Part shown: positions 48,806-57,712 of the stretch, piece by piece
How the letters are laid out: every line of letters begins with the position of its first letter
Position numbering within the stretch: position 1 is the stretch's first letter
Assembly (NCBI GenBank): GCA_937889855.1
Contig: CALBYK010000248.1
Span: 16,893 to 80,892, forward strand
Length of the DNA: 64,000 nucleotides
Source of the DNA: an uncultured Prevotella sp.
GTDB taxonomy: Bacteria > Bacteroidota > Bacteroidia > Bacteroidales > Bacteroidaceae
Direction of reading: 5' to 3'
The notes under the pieces: model-generated
What the model saw: only the letters and a program-made list of their open reading frames with translations
Databases searched by the model: none
What the model was told of the DNA's origin: nothing
Translations under genes and position numbers: made by a program

Positions 48806-49321
48806 TTACTTGAGGATTGTTGGGCCGTTCTGGCTCATTTGCGGAACGATTGCCGCACCGATGTTTCCTCTTTTTGTAGTGTCGATTTTTGCCGAGTCGT
48901 TGAGTGATGCCACCGAATTGCCTTCTGTCGGGCGTGGTGTGTAGGCTGACGGGACGCTTGCAGCTCCATTCCCCGCGTCATCTGCCTGGAACGAGAACTG
49001 TGCCGCCTGGCTCAACGTGAGCACTATCGCTACCATTGCCGCAGCCTTGAATAGCGGGGCGAAGCGCTGGCTGAGGCGTACACGCTGCGCTACGACCTCC
49101 TGCGGCTCGTCAATGATGGACATAAGCCGCTCGTCGAAGTCGTCGCCAAGACGGTCGGTCTTTTGCTCTGTCTGCTCGTAGGCGAATAATGGGCGATACT
49201 TCGCCAATTCCTCGGGCACGCACAGCTGGCTGAAGAAAGAGCGCAGTATCTGCTCCTCCTCGAGGGTTGTCTTGCCCTCCCAGTAGCGGTCTAAAAGTTG
49301 GTTTATGTATTTATAGTCCAT
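48806..49321 (-). CDS. Probable single-pass anti-sigma factor
   Basis: LLDRYWEGKTTLEEEQILRSFF N-terminus, one TM, overlaps the ECF sigma gene. Confidence 0.75.
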   Translation of the reverse strand: MDYKYINQLLDRYWEGKTTLEEEQILRSFFSQLCVPEELAKYRPLFAYEQTEQKTDRLGDDFDERLMSIIDEPQEVVAQRVRLSQRFAPLFKAAAMVAIVLTLSQAAQFSFQADDAGNGAASVPSAYTPRPTEGNSVASLNDSAKIDTTKRGNIGAAIVPQMSQNGPTILK

Positions 49322-49835
49322 AATTGTCGTATTTCAGAAATTGTTGTTTTATTGTCTGCCGCGCGCGGAATATATTCACCTTAACTTGGTCTTCGGTGAT
49401 GCCGAGCACTTGGGCAATTTCTTTGTATGTCTTTCCTTCTATGTCGCGCAGTTGCATGCAGCTGCGTTGCTTTTCGGGCAGACTGTCAATGAGTGAGCGC
49501 ACTATTTCCACTTTCTCTCGCTGGACGGTGCGCTCGTATGGATTGGATGCCGTGTCTGGACTTTCCTGCCCTACAGATGCATTGTCGACATCGAGCGACA
49601 TGTTTTGGTTTTCGTGGAGCCGCATCCTGTCGAGAGCCATATTGCGGCATATGGTCAGAGAAAAAGCTTCTATCGACTCGATGGTGTCCCACGAGTCGCG
49701 GCGGTTCCAAACCTTGATGAGTGTGTCCTGCACTATGTCCTCGGCTTCCTCGCGGCTCAGCGTGATGCGCAGGGCGAGTCGGAATAGGATGTCCTTCATC
49801 GGAAGGATGTCGTTGCGGAAACTTATCTTTTTCAT
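49311..49835 (-). CDS. ECF RNA polymerase sigma factor
   Basis: AEDIVQDTLIKVW (region 2); LPEKQR..YKEIAQVL..VKVNIFRAR (region 4). Confidence 0.95.
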   Translation of the reverse strand: MKKISFRNDILPMKDILFRLALRITLSREEAEDIVQDTLIKVWNRRDSWDTIESIEAFSLTICRNMALDRMRLHENQNMSLDVDNASVGQESPDTASNPYERTVQREKVEIVRSLIDSLPEKQRSCMQLRDIEGKTYKEIAQVLGITEDQVKVNIFRARQTIKQQFLKYDNYGL

Positions 49836-49852
49836 CTGTGCTCTATTTTAAT

Positions 49853-49878
49853 GACGTTTGTCGGGGATGTTTGTTACA
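49853..49878 (-). promoter_or_regulatory. ECF-type promoter
   Basis: TGTAAC-N16-CGTC upstream of the sigma ATG. Confidence 0.65.
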
Positions 49879-49928
49879 GACTAACGCTCGTTTTAACTTC
49901 GTTTAACTAATTTGGAGATGTCGGGCTC

Positions 49929-50843
49929 CTAACCGAATGTCACCACGAATGTTGTGTGATAGCCTGCCACGGGTGTGTCGGCGAGCCACAGCCCGCCATC
50001 CTGCGCCATCATCATCTGGCGGGCGAGCGCCAGTCCGATGCCCGAGCCGGTGGTCTTGGTTGTGAAGAAGGGTATGAATATCTCGCGTGCCACGTCGGGC
50101 GGAATGGGTGGCGCGTCGTTGCTGACGAGCAGCCTCGTATTACTGGGAGAGGGGGCGTCCCCGCCCCCGATATGCAGGAACGTGTTGGAATTGTTGGGCT
50201 CTTTGCCGCAGTCTGTTCGCACGTCGATGCGGCGCGCTCCAGCCTCGATAGCGTTCTTTATTATGTTGACTGCCACTTGGTGGAGCATGCCCTTATCGGC
50301 GTTGGCGTAGCGGGCGGCATGGGTGTCGGTGTGCCACTCTATGTCGGGGTATAGGGCCATCAGGTTGTCGACGAGCCGGTCAAGGTCCACCTCTGCGATG
50401 TCGGCGGGTTGCAGCTGCGTGAGTTTGCGGTAGTTGTCGACAAAGGCTGAGAGGCTGCGCGTGGTGTCGTGAATGGCCTGCATGCCCTCCTCGAGTGGCG
50501 TGTCCTTGACGAGTGGCGAGGCGATGTAGGCTTGCGTGATGCTCTGTATGGGCGCCACGGAGTTCATTATCTCGTGTGTGAGCACGCGCGTCAGCCGTTG
50601 CCACGACTCAACTTCGTTGCGCGCCATGAGCCGCTTTATCTCGCCGCTCATGTCGTTGAGCGCGGCTTGCAGGTCGCGCTCGCCTGGCAGAAGGCTGTCG
50701 GTGGGCAGACGGAAGGAGAAGTCGCGGTTGTGCAGTGCCTCGCGCATCAGGCGCACGCGTGTGGAGAGAAGGCGCTGGCGGCGATATATCCAGAGGAGGA
50801 GAAGCAGAACGGTTGCAACTAATCCTAATATATATAGTGTCAT
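49929..50843 (-). CDS. Short sensor histidine kinase
   Basis: RVLTHEIMNS (H box), NIIKNAIEA, IFIPFFTTK and GSGIGL motifs. Confidence 0.9.
   Translation of the reverse strand: MTLYILGLVATVLLLLLWIYRRQRLLSTRVRLMREALHNRDFSFRLPTDSLLPGERDLQAALNDMSGEIKRLMARNEVESWQRLTRVLTHEIMNSVAPIQSITQAYIASPLVKDTPLEEGMQAIHDTTRSLSAFVDNYRKLTQLQPADIAEVDLDRLVDNLMALYPDIEWHTDTHAARYANADKGMLHQVAVNIIKNAIEAGARRIDVRTDCGKEPNNSNTFLHIGGGDAPSPSNTRLLVSNDAPPIPPDVAREIFIPFFTTKTTGSGIGLALARQMMMAQDGGLWLADTPVAGYHTTFVVTFG
50145..50170 (+). repeat. REP copy inside the kinase CDS
   Basis: GGGAGAGGGGGCGTCCCCGCCCCCGA, consensus plus one C. Confidence 0.85.
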
Positions 50844-50895
50844 AATAAAAATCTTGTCCGTGGCGGAGGCCGGAGACCCCCGCCACGGGTGAGCC

Positions 50896-51426
50896 TCAGT
50901 TGTTTTTTATTTTCTTATACAATATCTGCCTTGTGATTCCCAGCATCTCCGCCGCCCGGCTCATGTTGCCGTGGCATTGCTCCACCACCTTGCGCACGTG
51001 CTGCTGCTCCACTTCGTCGAGGGGCATCACCTCGCGGCTGCTGTCTATGGCGTCGTGCAGTTTCTGGATAAGTTCGCTGTTGTCCCATGGCTTCATGATG
51101 AAGTCGGCTGCTCCGCTCTTCATCCCCTTTATGGCGAGCTGTAGGTCGGCATAGGCTGTGATGAGCACGACGGGCGTGTTGGGGTGCAGCTTTTTCAGCG
51201 TGCGCAGCCAGAAGAGTCCATCCTGCCCCGAGTTCACTCCGAGCGAGAAGTTCATGTCGAGCATCACGGCATCAACCGCTTCTTCTTTGGCGAGCGTGGC
51301 GACGAGCTTCTCGGGCGACGTCATGGTGACGATGCGCGCGAACTCCGTGGCGAGGCAAATCTTCAGCGCCGTGAGTATGGCGGGGTTGTCGTCGACGATG
51401 ACGATGGTGTTGTAGTTGTATGTCAT
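50896..51426 (-). CDS. Response regulator, REC plus Fis-type HTH, no AAA+ domain
   Basis: VDD, LDMNF, ITAY, KPW; then GNMSRAAEMLGITRQILY; 176 aa. Confidence 0.9.
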   Translation of the reverse strand: MTYNYNTIVIVDDNPAILTALKICLATEFARIVTMTSPEKLVATLAKEEAVDAVMLDMNFSLGVNSGQDGLFWLRTLKKLHPNTPVVLITAYADLQLAIKGMKSGAADFIMKPWDNSELIQKLHDAIDSSREVMPLDEVEQQHVRKVVEQCHGNMSRAAEMLGITRQILYKKIKNN

Positions 51427-51498
51427 GCTACAAATGTAGCTAAATTTAGTCTTGCTTGCAAATGATTACCTCTTTTTTTTACAGGGAGAGGGGTGTCA

Positions 51499-51616
51499 TT
51501 AACAGGGAGAGGGGGCGTCCCGCCCCCGATACAAAAGTAAGAACAACATCCCGCTCCCGATGTGACAGGGATTTTGAGGTGTATGTCGGGGGCGGGACGC
51601 CCCCTCTCCCTGTTAA
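51499..51616. repeat. REPIN (inverted REP pair)
   Basis: 31-bp perfect arms 51499-51529 / 51586-51616; truncated copy at 51481. Confidence 0.9.
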
Positions 51617-51618
51617 AG

Positions 51619-51639
51619 AGTGTATGAAAATCATACACT
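51619..51639. promoter_or_regulatory. Palindromic TGT-N11-ACA operator
   Basis: AGTGTATGA-AAA-TCATACACT between the response regulator and the exporter operon. Confidence 0.6.
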
Positions 51640-51741
51640 TTTTGTGGATTTGTCACTTGTCGGTCGTTTTTCTGTAGAATGAGTTGACCGTGAAGCTTTG
51701 AAAGGGGCTACCTTTGCAGTGTCATTAAAAACAAAAGGAAA

Positions 51742-53061
51742 ATGAAAAGACTGGTTTTAGCTATATTTATCCTCGCTGTCGGAGTCGCAGCCCGCGCCGC
51801 CGAGCCTTGGACCGTGGAGCGTTGCATGCAGTATGCCGCCGACCACAGCCACACAGTGGCGCAGCAACGCTACGCCCTCGACGACAGCCGCGCCGCCAAG
51901 ACGCAGGCCATCGGGGCTTTCCTGCCCGAGGTGTACGGCTCGGTGTCGGGGCAGCTCAACTTCGGACGCGCCATCGACCCGTCCACCAACACCTACACCG
52001 ACGTGAGTACGCTCTACAACGGCTACGGACTGCAGGCTGCCCTCACGCTGTTCGACGGACTGCAACGCTACAACCAGCTGCGCCTCGCCAAGGCCAACGT
52101 CGCCATGGGGCGCAGCGCCGTGCAGGCCGAGCGCGACGACGTGGCGCTGAAGGTGTACAAGGCATATATGGACCTCGTCTATTGTCAAGGGGCCGTGGAC
52201 GAGACGTCGCAGAAGCGCGACGAGAGCCGCGCCCTGCTCCACCAGACCGAGGTGATGGCTGAGGTGGGACAGAAGAGCGATGCCGATGTGGCGCAGATGC
52301 GCGCCACACTCGCCGCCGACGAGTATGAACTGGCGCACATACAGACGCAGACCACCAAGGCGCTGCTCGCCCTGAAGCAGCTAATGAACTATCCTGCCGA
52401 CTCTGCGCTCGCAGTAGCGCAGCCCTCAACTGGGACAGAGGCTGCCGTAGCAGGCTCGCCCGAGGATATATATTCCTATGCCTCCACTGTCAATCCGCGC
52501 GTGGAAAAAGCGCGGCAGGGTGTCGAGGCTGCCCGCTACAACCTGCGTGCCGCACGCGGCGCGCTGCTCCCTACGCTCTCTCTCTCGGGTGGCGTGTCCA
52601 CCTCATTTTATAGAAACCTGGACAAAGGAGGACACGCCTCCTTCTCCGAACAGTTCAAGAACAACGCCGGACAGTACGTGGGACTGTCGCTCTCGATACC
52701 AATCTTCACGCAACTATCCGCTACGTCCACCATTCGTCGCCGCAAGATAGCCCTCGAGCAGGCGCGGGAGAACCTCGCCTACGAGCAGTCGGAGCTTCAC
52801 CGCATAATAGTTGAGGCTGCCGCCGACGTGGAGAACAGCCGCAAGGAGGTGGCGAAGATGGCGGAGCAGGTGGAGGCCGACAGCCTTGCCTCGCATCTCA
52901 CCACGCGCAAGTATGAGGAGGGACTCGCCTCGTCGATTGACGTGCGCACGGCGGCGGTGACGCTGCTTCAGAGCCGCGTGAAATTGCTTCAGAGCCGGCT
53001 GACGCAGGCTTACAACCAGACGCTCCTGGCATATTACGAAGGAAAAGGGTTGTGGCAATAA
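51742..53061 (+). CDS. TolC family outer membrane efflux protein
   Basis: Signal peptide, two OEP repeats (AFLP.., ALLPTLSL.., KYEEGLAS). Confidence 0.92.
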   Translation: MKRLVLAIFILAVGVAARAAEPWTVERCMQYAADHSHTVAQQRYALDDSRAAKTQAIGAFLPEVYGSVSGQLNFGRAIDPSTNTYTDVSTLYNGYGLQAALTLFDGLQRYNQLRLAKANVAMGRSAVQAERDDVALKVYKAYMDLVYCQGAVDETSQKRDESRALLHQTEVMAEVGQKSDADVAQMRATLAADEYELAHIQTQTTKALLALKQLMNYPADSALAVAQPSTGTEAAVAGSPEDIYSYASTVNPRVEKARQGVEAARYNLRAARGALLPTLSLSGGVSTSFYRNLDKGGHASFSEQFKNNAGQYVGLSLSIPIFTQLSATSTIRRRKIALEQARENLAYEQSELHRIIVEAAADVENSRKEVAKMAEQVEADSLASHLTTRKYEEGLASSIDVRTAAVTLLQSRVKLLQSRLTQAYNQTLLAYYEGKGLWQ

Positions 53062-53176
53062 CTGGGAGAGGGGGCGTCCCGCCCCCGATACAACTCCCGG
53101 AAACAATATCATTAATAAATCTATAGAGGGCAACGTCTTTACCCCGTCGGGGGCGAGACGCCCCCTCTCCCAGTTA
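53059..53176. repeat. REPIN (inverted REP pair)
   Basis: 30-bp arms 53059-53088 / 53147-53176, 1 mismatch; first TAA is the TolC-gene stop. Confidence 0.9.
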
Positions 53177-53181
53177 AAGTT

Positions 53182-54429
53182 ATGGACAGACAAATAGCAA
53201 AAAAGAGTTTCATTCGCCGCTACGCCTGGTATATAGGCGGCGGCGTTGTGGTGGCGGCGCTGCTCGTGTGGCTCGCCTTCGGCTCGACGGCCAGCACGAT
53301 GACCGTCGACAGCCAGGACATCACCGTGAGCAGCGTCACGCGCGGCAAGTTCGATGACTACGTGCGCCTCAACGGTCAGGTGGTGCCCATCCAGGTGGTG
53401 CAGATCTCGCCTGAGGAGGGCGGCGTGGTGCGCGAGAAGGTTGTTGAGGAGGGCGCGCGCGTCCATAAGGGCGACGTCATCCTGCGCCTGAGCAATAGCA
53501 ATCTCGACCTCCAGATACTCAACGCCGAGGCGGAACTTGCCGAGAAGCAGAACCTGCTGCGCAACACGCAGGTCACGATGCTGCAGGACCGCCTCAACAA
53601 CCGCACCGAGCAGGCTACGCTCGACATGGACGTGCTGCGCAAGCAGCGCGCCTACCAGCAGAACGCGCGGCTCTACAAGGAGAAGCTGATCAGCCGCGAG
53701 GTATACATGCAGAGCAAGGAGGACTACGACCTCGCGCGTCGCAAGCACGGTCTCGTTGGTCAGCGTTTGAAGCAGGACAGCGTCTACCGCCGTGTGCAGA
53801 TGGCGCAGATGGAGGACAATCTCGACAATATGCGCAAGAACGTGCTGCTCGTGCGCGAGCGCAAGGGCAAGCTTGAGGTGCGCTCAGCCATAGACGGTGA
53901 GCTGGGCCTGCTTGACGTGGAATTGGGTCAGAACATCACCGCCGGACAGAACATAGGACAGATTAACGACCTCTCCGACTTCAAGATTGAGGCGAAGATT
54001 GACGAGCACTATATCGACCGCGTGCGCCCGGGACTCACTGCCACCATCACGCGCGACGGACGGCAATACCAGCTCCGCGTGCGCAAGGTGTATCCCGAGG
54101 TGCGCGACGGCTCGTTCCGCACCGACTTCGTGTTCGTGGGCTCACGCCCCGCGCAGATGCGCAGCGGACAGACATATTATCTTGAACTCGCCCTCGGCAA
54201 GTCGACCGTGGCTACGCTCATACCGCGCGGCACGTTCTTCCAGGCAACGGGCGGCAACTGGATCTACGTGCTCGACCGCTCGGGCAAGAAGGCTTATCGC
54301 CGCAACATCAGCATTGCACGGCAGAACCCGAAGTACTATGAAGTGACCGACGGACTGCAACCGGGCGAGCGTGTCATCACAAGCGGATATGAGGCGTTTG
54401 GCGACAATACCGTTTTGGTACTGAAATAA
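53182..54429 (+). CDS. Efflux periplasmic adaptor (MacA/HlyD-like)
   Basis: N-terminal TM, lipoyl halves (VEEGARVHKGD, SAIDG), GLQPGERVI. Confidence 0.9.
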   Translation: MDRQIAKKSFIRRYAWYIGGGVVVAALLVWLAFGSTASTMTVDSQDITVSSVTRGKFDDYVRLNGQVVPIQVVQISPEEGGVVREKVVEEGARVHKGDVILRLSNSNLDLQILNAEAELAEKQNLLRNTQVTMLQDRLNNRTEQATLDMDVLRKQRAYQQNARLYKEKLISREVYMQSKEDYDLARRKHGLVGQRLKQDSVYRRVQMAQMEDNLDNMRKNVLLVRERKGKLEVRSAIDGELGLLDVELGQNITAGQNIGQINDLSDFKIEAKIDEHYIDRVRPGLTATITRDGRQYQLRVRKVYPEVRDGSFRTDFVFVGSRPAQMRSGQTYYLELALGKSTVATLIPRGTFFQATGGNWIYVLDRSGKKAYRRNISIARQNPKYYEVTDGLQPGERVITSGYEAFGDNTVLVLK

Positions 54430-54466
54430 GACTCTGAGAGTAGTGTAAAAGATACTTGAATGTCAT

Positions 54467-54554
54467 CTCATATCGAACGTGATGAATGCTCATATCGAAT
54501 GTTATGAGCACTCGTATCGAACGAAATGAATGTTCATATCGAACGAAATGAGAC
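54467..54554. repeat. 4 x 22-bp tandem array (family B)
   Basis: CTCATATCGAACGTGATGAATG / CTCATATCGAATGTTATGAGCA / CTCGTATCGAACGAAATGAATG / TTCATATCGAACGAAATGAGAC. Confidence 0.9.
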
Positions 54555-54596
54555 AACGATAAAGCAATAATTGAATAACAAAACGACAATACAACT

Positions 54597-55277
54597 ATGA
54601 TAAAGACAGAAAACCTTACCAAGATCTTCCGTACGGAAGAAGTGGAGACCGTTGCCCTCAACGGTGTCAGCATAAATGTAGAGGACGGCGAGTTCGTCGC
54701 CATAATGGGCCCGAGCGGATGCGGCAAGTCGACGCTCCTCAACATCCTCGGACTGCTCGACAACCCCGACGGGGGCGAGTACTGGCTCGACGGCGAGCCA
54801 GTGGGCAAGCTCCGCGAGAAGGAGCGCACGAAGTATCGCCGTGGACGCATCGGCTTCGTGTTCCAGAGCTTCAACCTCATCGACGAGCTTACGGTGGAGG
54901 AGAATGTCGACTTGCAGCTGCGCTACCTCGGTGTGCCGTCAAAGGAGCGCAAGGAGCGCGTGACGGAAATATTGCGCAAGGTGGGGTTGAGCCAGCGTGC
55001 CAAGCACTATCCGCAGCAGCTCTCGGGCGGACAGCAGCAGCGCGTGGCGATAGCGCGTGCCGTGGTGGGCAAGCCCAAACTGATACTCGCCGACGAGCCT
55101 ACGGGTAATCTCGACTCGAAGAGCGGACTGGCGGTCATGGAACTCCTCTCGCAGCTCAACGCTGAGGGCACGACAATCGTAATGGTGACCCACTCGCAGC
55201 ACGATGCGCAGATGGCGAGCCGCATAGTAAATCTGTTTGACGGACAGGTGGTGACAAACAACGACAAACTGCTGTAA
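54597..55277 (+). CDS. ABC transporter ATP-binding protein (MacB/LolD-like)
   Basis: GPSGCGKS, LSGGQQQR and ADEPTGNLD motifs. Confidence 0.96.
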   Translation: MIKTENLTKIFRTEEVETVALNGVSINVEDGEFVAIMGPSGCGKSTLLNILGLLDNPDGGEYWLDGEPVGKLREKERTKYRRGRIGFVFQSFNLIDELTVEENVDLQLRYLGVPSKERKERVTEILRKVGLSQRAKHYPQQLSGGQQQRVAIARAVVGKPKLILADEPTGNLDSKSGLAVMELLSQLNAEGTTIVMVTHSQHDAQMASRIVNLFDGQVVTNNDKLL

Positions 55278-55279
55278 TT

Positions 55280-57643
55280 ATGAAAACATTACTATATCTT
55301 TTCCGCCGCTACCGTGTGGCAACCCTGCTCAACCTTCTCGGCTTGGGCATAGCCGTGGCGACGTTCTACCTGTTCATGACGCAGGTGATATACAACCGCA
55401 CCTACAACCACAACATACCCGACCATGAGCGCACGTTCCGCCTTGAGGTTTACGGCAACGTGTTCGGCGACCGCTGGGGCGGCGAGGCGTGCCGTCCGTT
55501 CGTCACGCTGCTGAAGGATGTGCCGCATGTGGAGGATGCGATGGACGTGTCGCCCTATGTGAACGATGTAACAGTGAAAGTGAATGAGCGCGAGACGGAA
55601 GTGCCACTCGTCAACATCAGCAAACCCGGCATTGAGTTCTTCTCTGGCAAGTTGCTCTATGGCAGCAGCAAGGAATGGGTGTCGGGCGCACCCAACGCTA
55701 TCGTCAGCCGCAGCACGGCAGAGAAGATGTTCGGCACGGCGAACGCCGTGGGCAGGACATTCGTGTCGGACGACAAAGAAATTACTGTCGTGGGTGTGAG
55801 CGAGGATATGCCCGATAACTGCACCATCGACAATGGTGTGTACCATTGTGAGAACGACGAGGGACTGCAGGACACGGGCGAGTGGAGCTTCAGCATATAC
55901 GTGCGGCTCGACAATGCCGCCAACGCGCCGAAGGTGGAGCGCGAATTCAAACTGGCGTTCATGAAGGCTAACGGCATAAGCGACGAGAAGGAGTTTGACA
56001 GGCAGGTGGGCATGAAATTCCGCCTCACGTCGATGGACGACGTGTATTTCTCGGGCGTGGGCATGAAGGACAAGGGCAACCGCAGTCTGGTGGATGTGCT
56101 CACCGTGGCGTCGTTCTTCATCATCTTCATTGCCATGCTCAACCTCTTGAACTTCACCCTATCCGAGATGCCTATGCGCATACGCGGCATCAACACGCGG
56201 CGCGTGATGGGCGCGTCGGCAGGAAGCCTGCGCATGAGGGTGATAATGGAGAACGTGGCGTTTGCGCTTGTCGGACTCATAATCGGCGTGCTGCTCATTG
56301 TGGCGTTCCAGCGCAGCGAGGCTTGCATGAGGCTCGTGTCGGGCGACGTGAGTTTCCCGGCGCACATCGTGCTTGCCGTCGTTATGGCTGCGGCAGCGCT
56401 CGCTGTGGGTGCGCTGTCGGCTGTCATACCGGCATGGTATGGCACGTCGTTTGCCCCGGCAATGGTGCTCAAGGGATCTTTCGGACTCTCGCCGCGCGGC
56501 CGCAAGCTGCGCATGGCTATCATGGGTGTGCAGTTTGTGGTGGCTTTCGCGCTGGCTATATATATAGGTGTGATGGCAAGCCAGTCGCGCTACATATTCA
56601 ACGCCGACTATGGATTCAGCAAGAACGAGGTGTTCTATGCCACTCTATCCGATGAGGCTATGGCTAAGAGGGACGCCATACGCGCCGAGCTGTCCAAACT
56701 GCCTTTCGTCGAGAGCGTGGGCTACGCGCAGAACGCCATTGGCGCTGGCGACAACTACATGGGTTGGGGCCGCGGCAGAGACGAGAAGCAGATGTCGCTG
56801 CAGGTGATTCCGTGCGACTACAATTACCTGCGCACTATGGGACTGAAGGTTGTCGATGGACGCGACTTCCGTGAGTCGGACATGAAGACGGGCGCGTATG
56901 TGCTCAACAAGGCAGCCATGAAACAATACGCATGGCTGCAGGTGGGCGACTCGATAGGTCGCCAGAACGAGTGGGGCGAGGGCAACTATCTGGTTGTCGG
57001 CGTGTGCAATAATTTCAAGATTAAGTCGATGCGCAACGACAACAGCAAGATTGCCGTGGCGTTCATAATCTTCGGTCCCGACTTGCAGGGATGGGGCGAC
57101 CGCCTGGCTAACGTGTTTGTGCGCGTGGCGAAGAACCAGGACAAGATTGAGGCGAAGAAGCGCATAGCGCAGGTGCTCAATAAGATTGACGGTTCGCAGG
57201 AATACACTATGAGTTTCCTCGACGACGACCTGCAGCGCACATACGTTGATGAGTTCCGCTTCATATCTCAGGTGAAGCTCTTCGCCATCATCTGCATCGT
57301 GATAACAATAATAGGAGTGTTCTCGCTCACGATGTTCGAGACGGAGTACCGCCGCAAGGAGATTGCCATACGTAAGGTGATGGGCAGCACGGTCGGGGCA
57401 GTGGTGCGGCTGTTCGCGATGCGCTATATGGTGCCGCTCGTGGCGGCTTACGTGGTGGCTGCCCCGATAGGGTGGTGGCTAAGCAGCCAATGGCTGCAGA
57501 GTTTCGCCGAGCACACGCCTATCTATTGGTGGCTGTTTCCGCTGGCGTTCGTGGCGGTGGCGGTTGTCGTGATAGCGACGGTGGTGGCGCAGTCGTGGAG
57601 AGTGGCGACGAGCAACCCGGTGGAAAGTATAAAGACGGAATAA
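55280..57643 (+). CDS. ABC permease (duplicated MacB-PCD/FtsX)
   Basis: Two FtsX repeats (RRVMGA, EIAIRKVMG), C-terminal NPVESIKTE. Confidence 0.92.
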   Translation: MKTLLYLFRRYRVATLLNLLGLGIAVATFYLFMTQVIYNRTYNHNIPDHERTFRLEVYGNVFGDRWGGEACRPFVTLLKDVPHVEDAMDVSPYVNDVTVKVNERETEVPLVNISKPGIEFFSGKLLYGSSKEWVSGAPNAIVSRSTAEKMFGTANAVGRTFVSDDKEITVVGVSEDMPDNCTIDNGVYHCENDEGLQDTGEWSFSIYVRLDNAANAPKVEREFKLAFMKANGISDEKEFDRQVGMKFRLTSMDDVYFSGVGMKDKGNRSLVDVLTVASFFIIFIAMLNLLNFTLSEMPMRIRGINTRRVMGASAGSLRMRVIMENVAFALVGLIIGVLLIVAFQRSEACMRLVSGDVSFPAHIVLAVVMAAAALAVGALSAVIPAWYGTSFAPAMVLKGSFGLSPRGRKLRMAIMGVQFVVAFALAIYIGVMASQSRYIFNADYGFSKNEVFYATLSDEAMAKRDAIRAELSKLPFVESVGYAQNAIGAGDNYMGWGRGRDEKQMSLQVIPCDYNYLRTMGLKVVDGRDFRESDMKTGAYVLNKAAMKQYAWLQVGDSIGRQNEWGEGNYLVVGVCNNFKIKSMRNDNSKIAVAFIIFGPDLQGWGDRLANVFVRVAKNQDKIEAKKRIAQVLNKIDGSQEYTMSFLDDDLQRTYVDEFRFISQVKLFAIICIVITIIGVFSLTMFETEYRRKEIAIRKVMGSTVGAVVRLFAMRYMVPLVAAYVVAAPIGWWLSSQWLQSFAEHTPIYWWLFPLAFVAVAVVVIATVVAQSWRVATSNPVESIKTE

Positions 57644-57648
57644 AAAAG

Positions 57649-57679
57649 ATAGAACAGCTAGTAATTCTAGCTGTTCTAT
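57649..57679. terminator. Hairpin between convergent genes
   Basis: ATAGAACAGCTAG-TAATT-CTAGCTGTTCTAT. Confidence 0.65.
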
Positions 57680-57712
57680 TAATACTAGTAGTTATAGTGA
57701 TTCTTAGTGATT

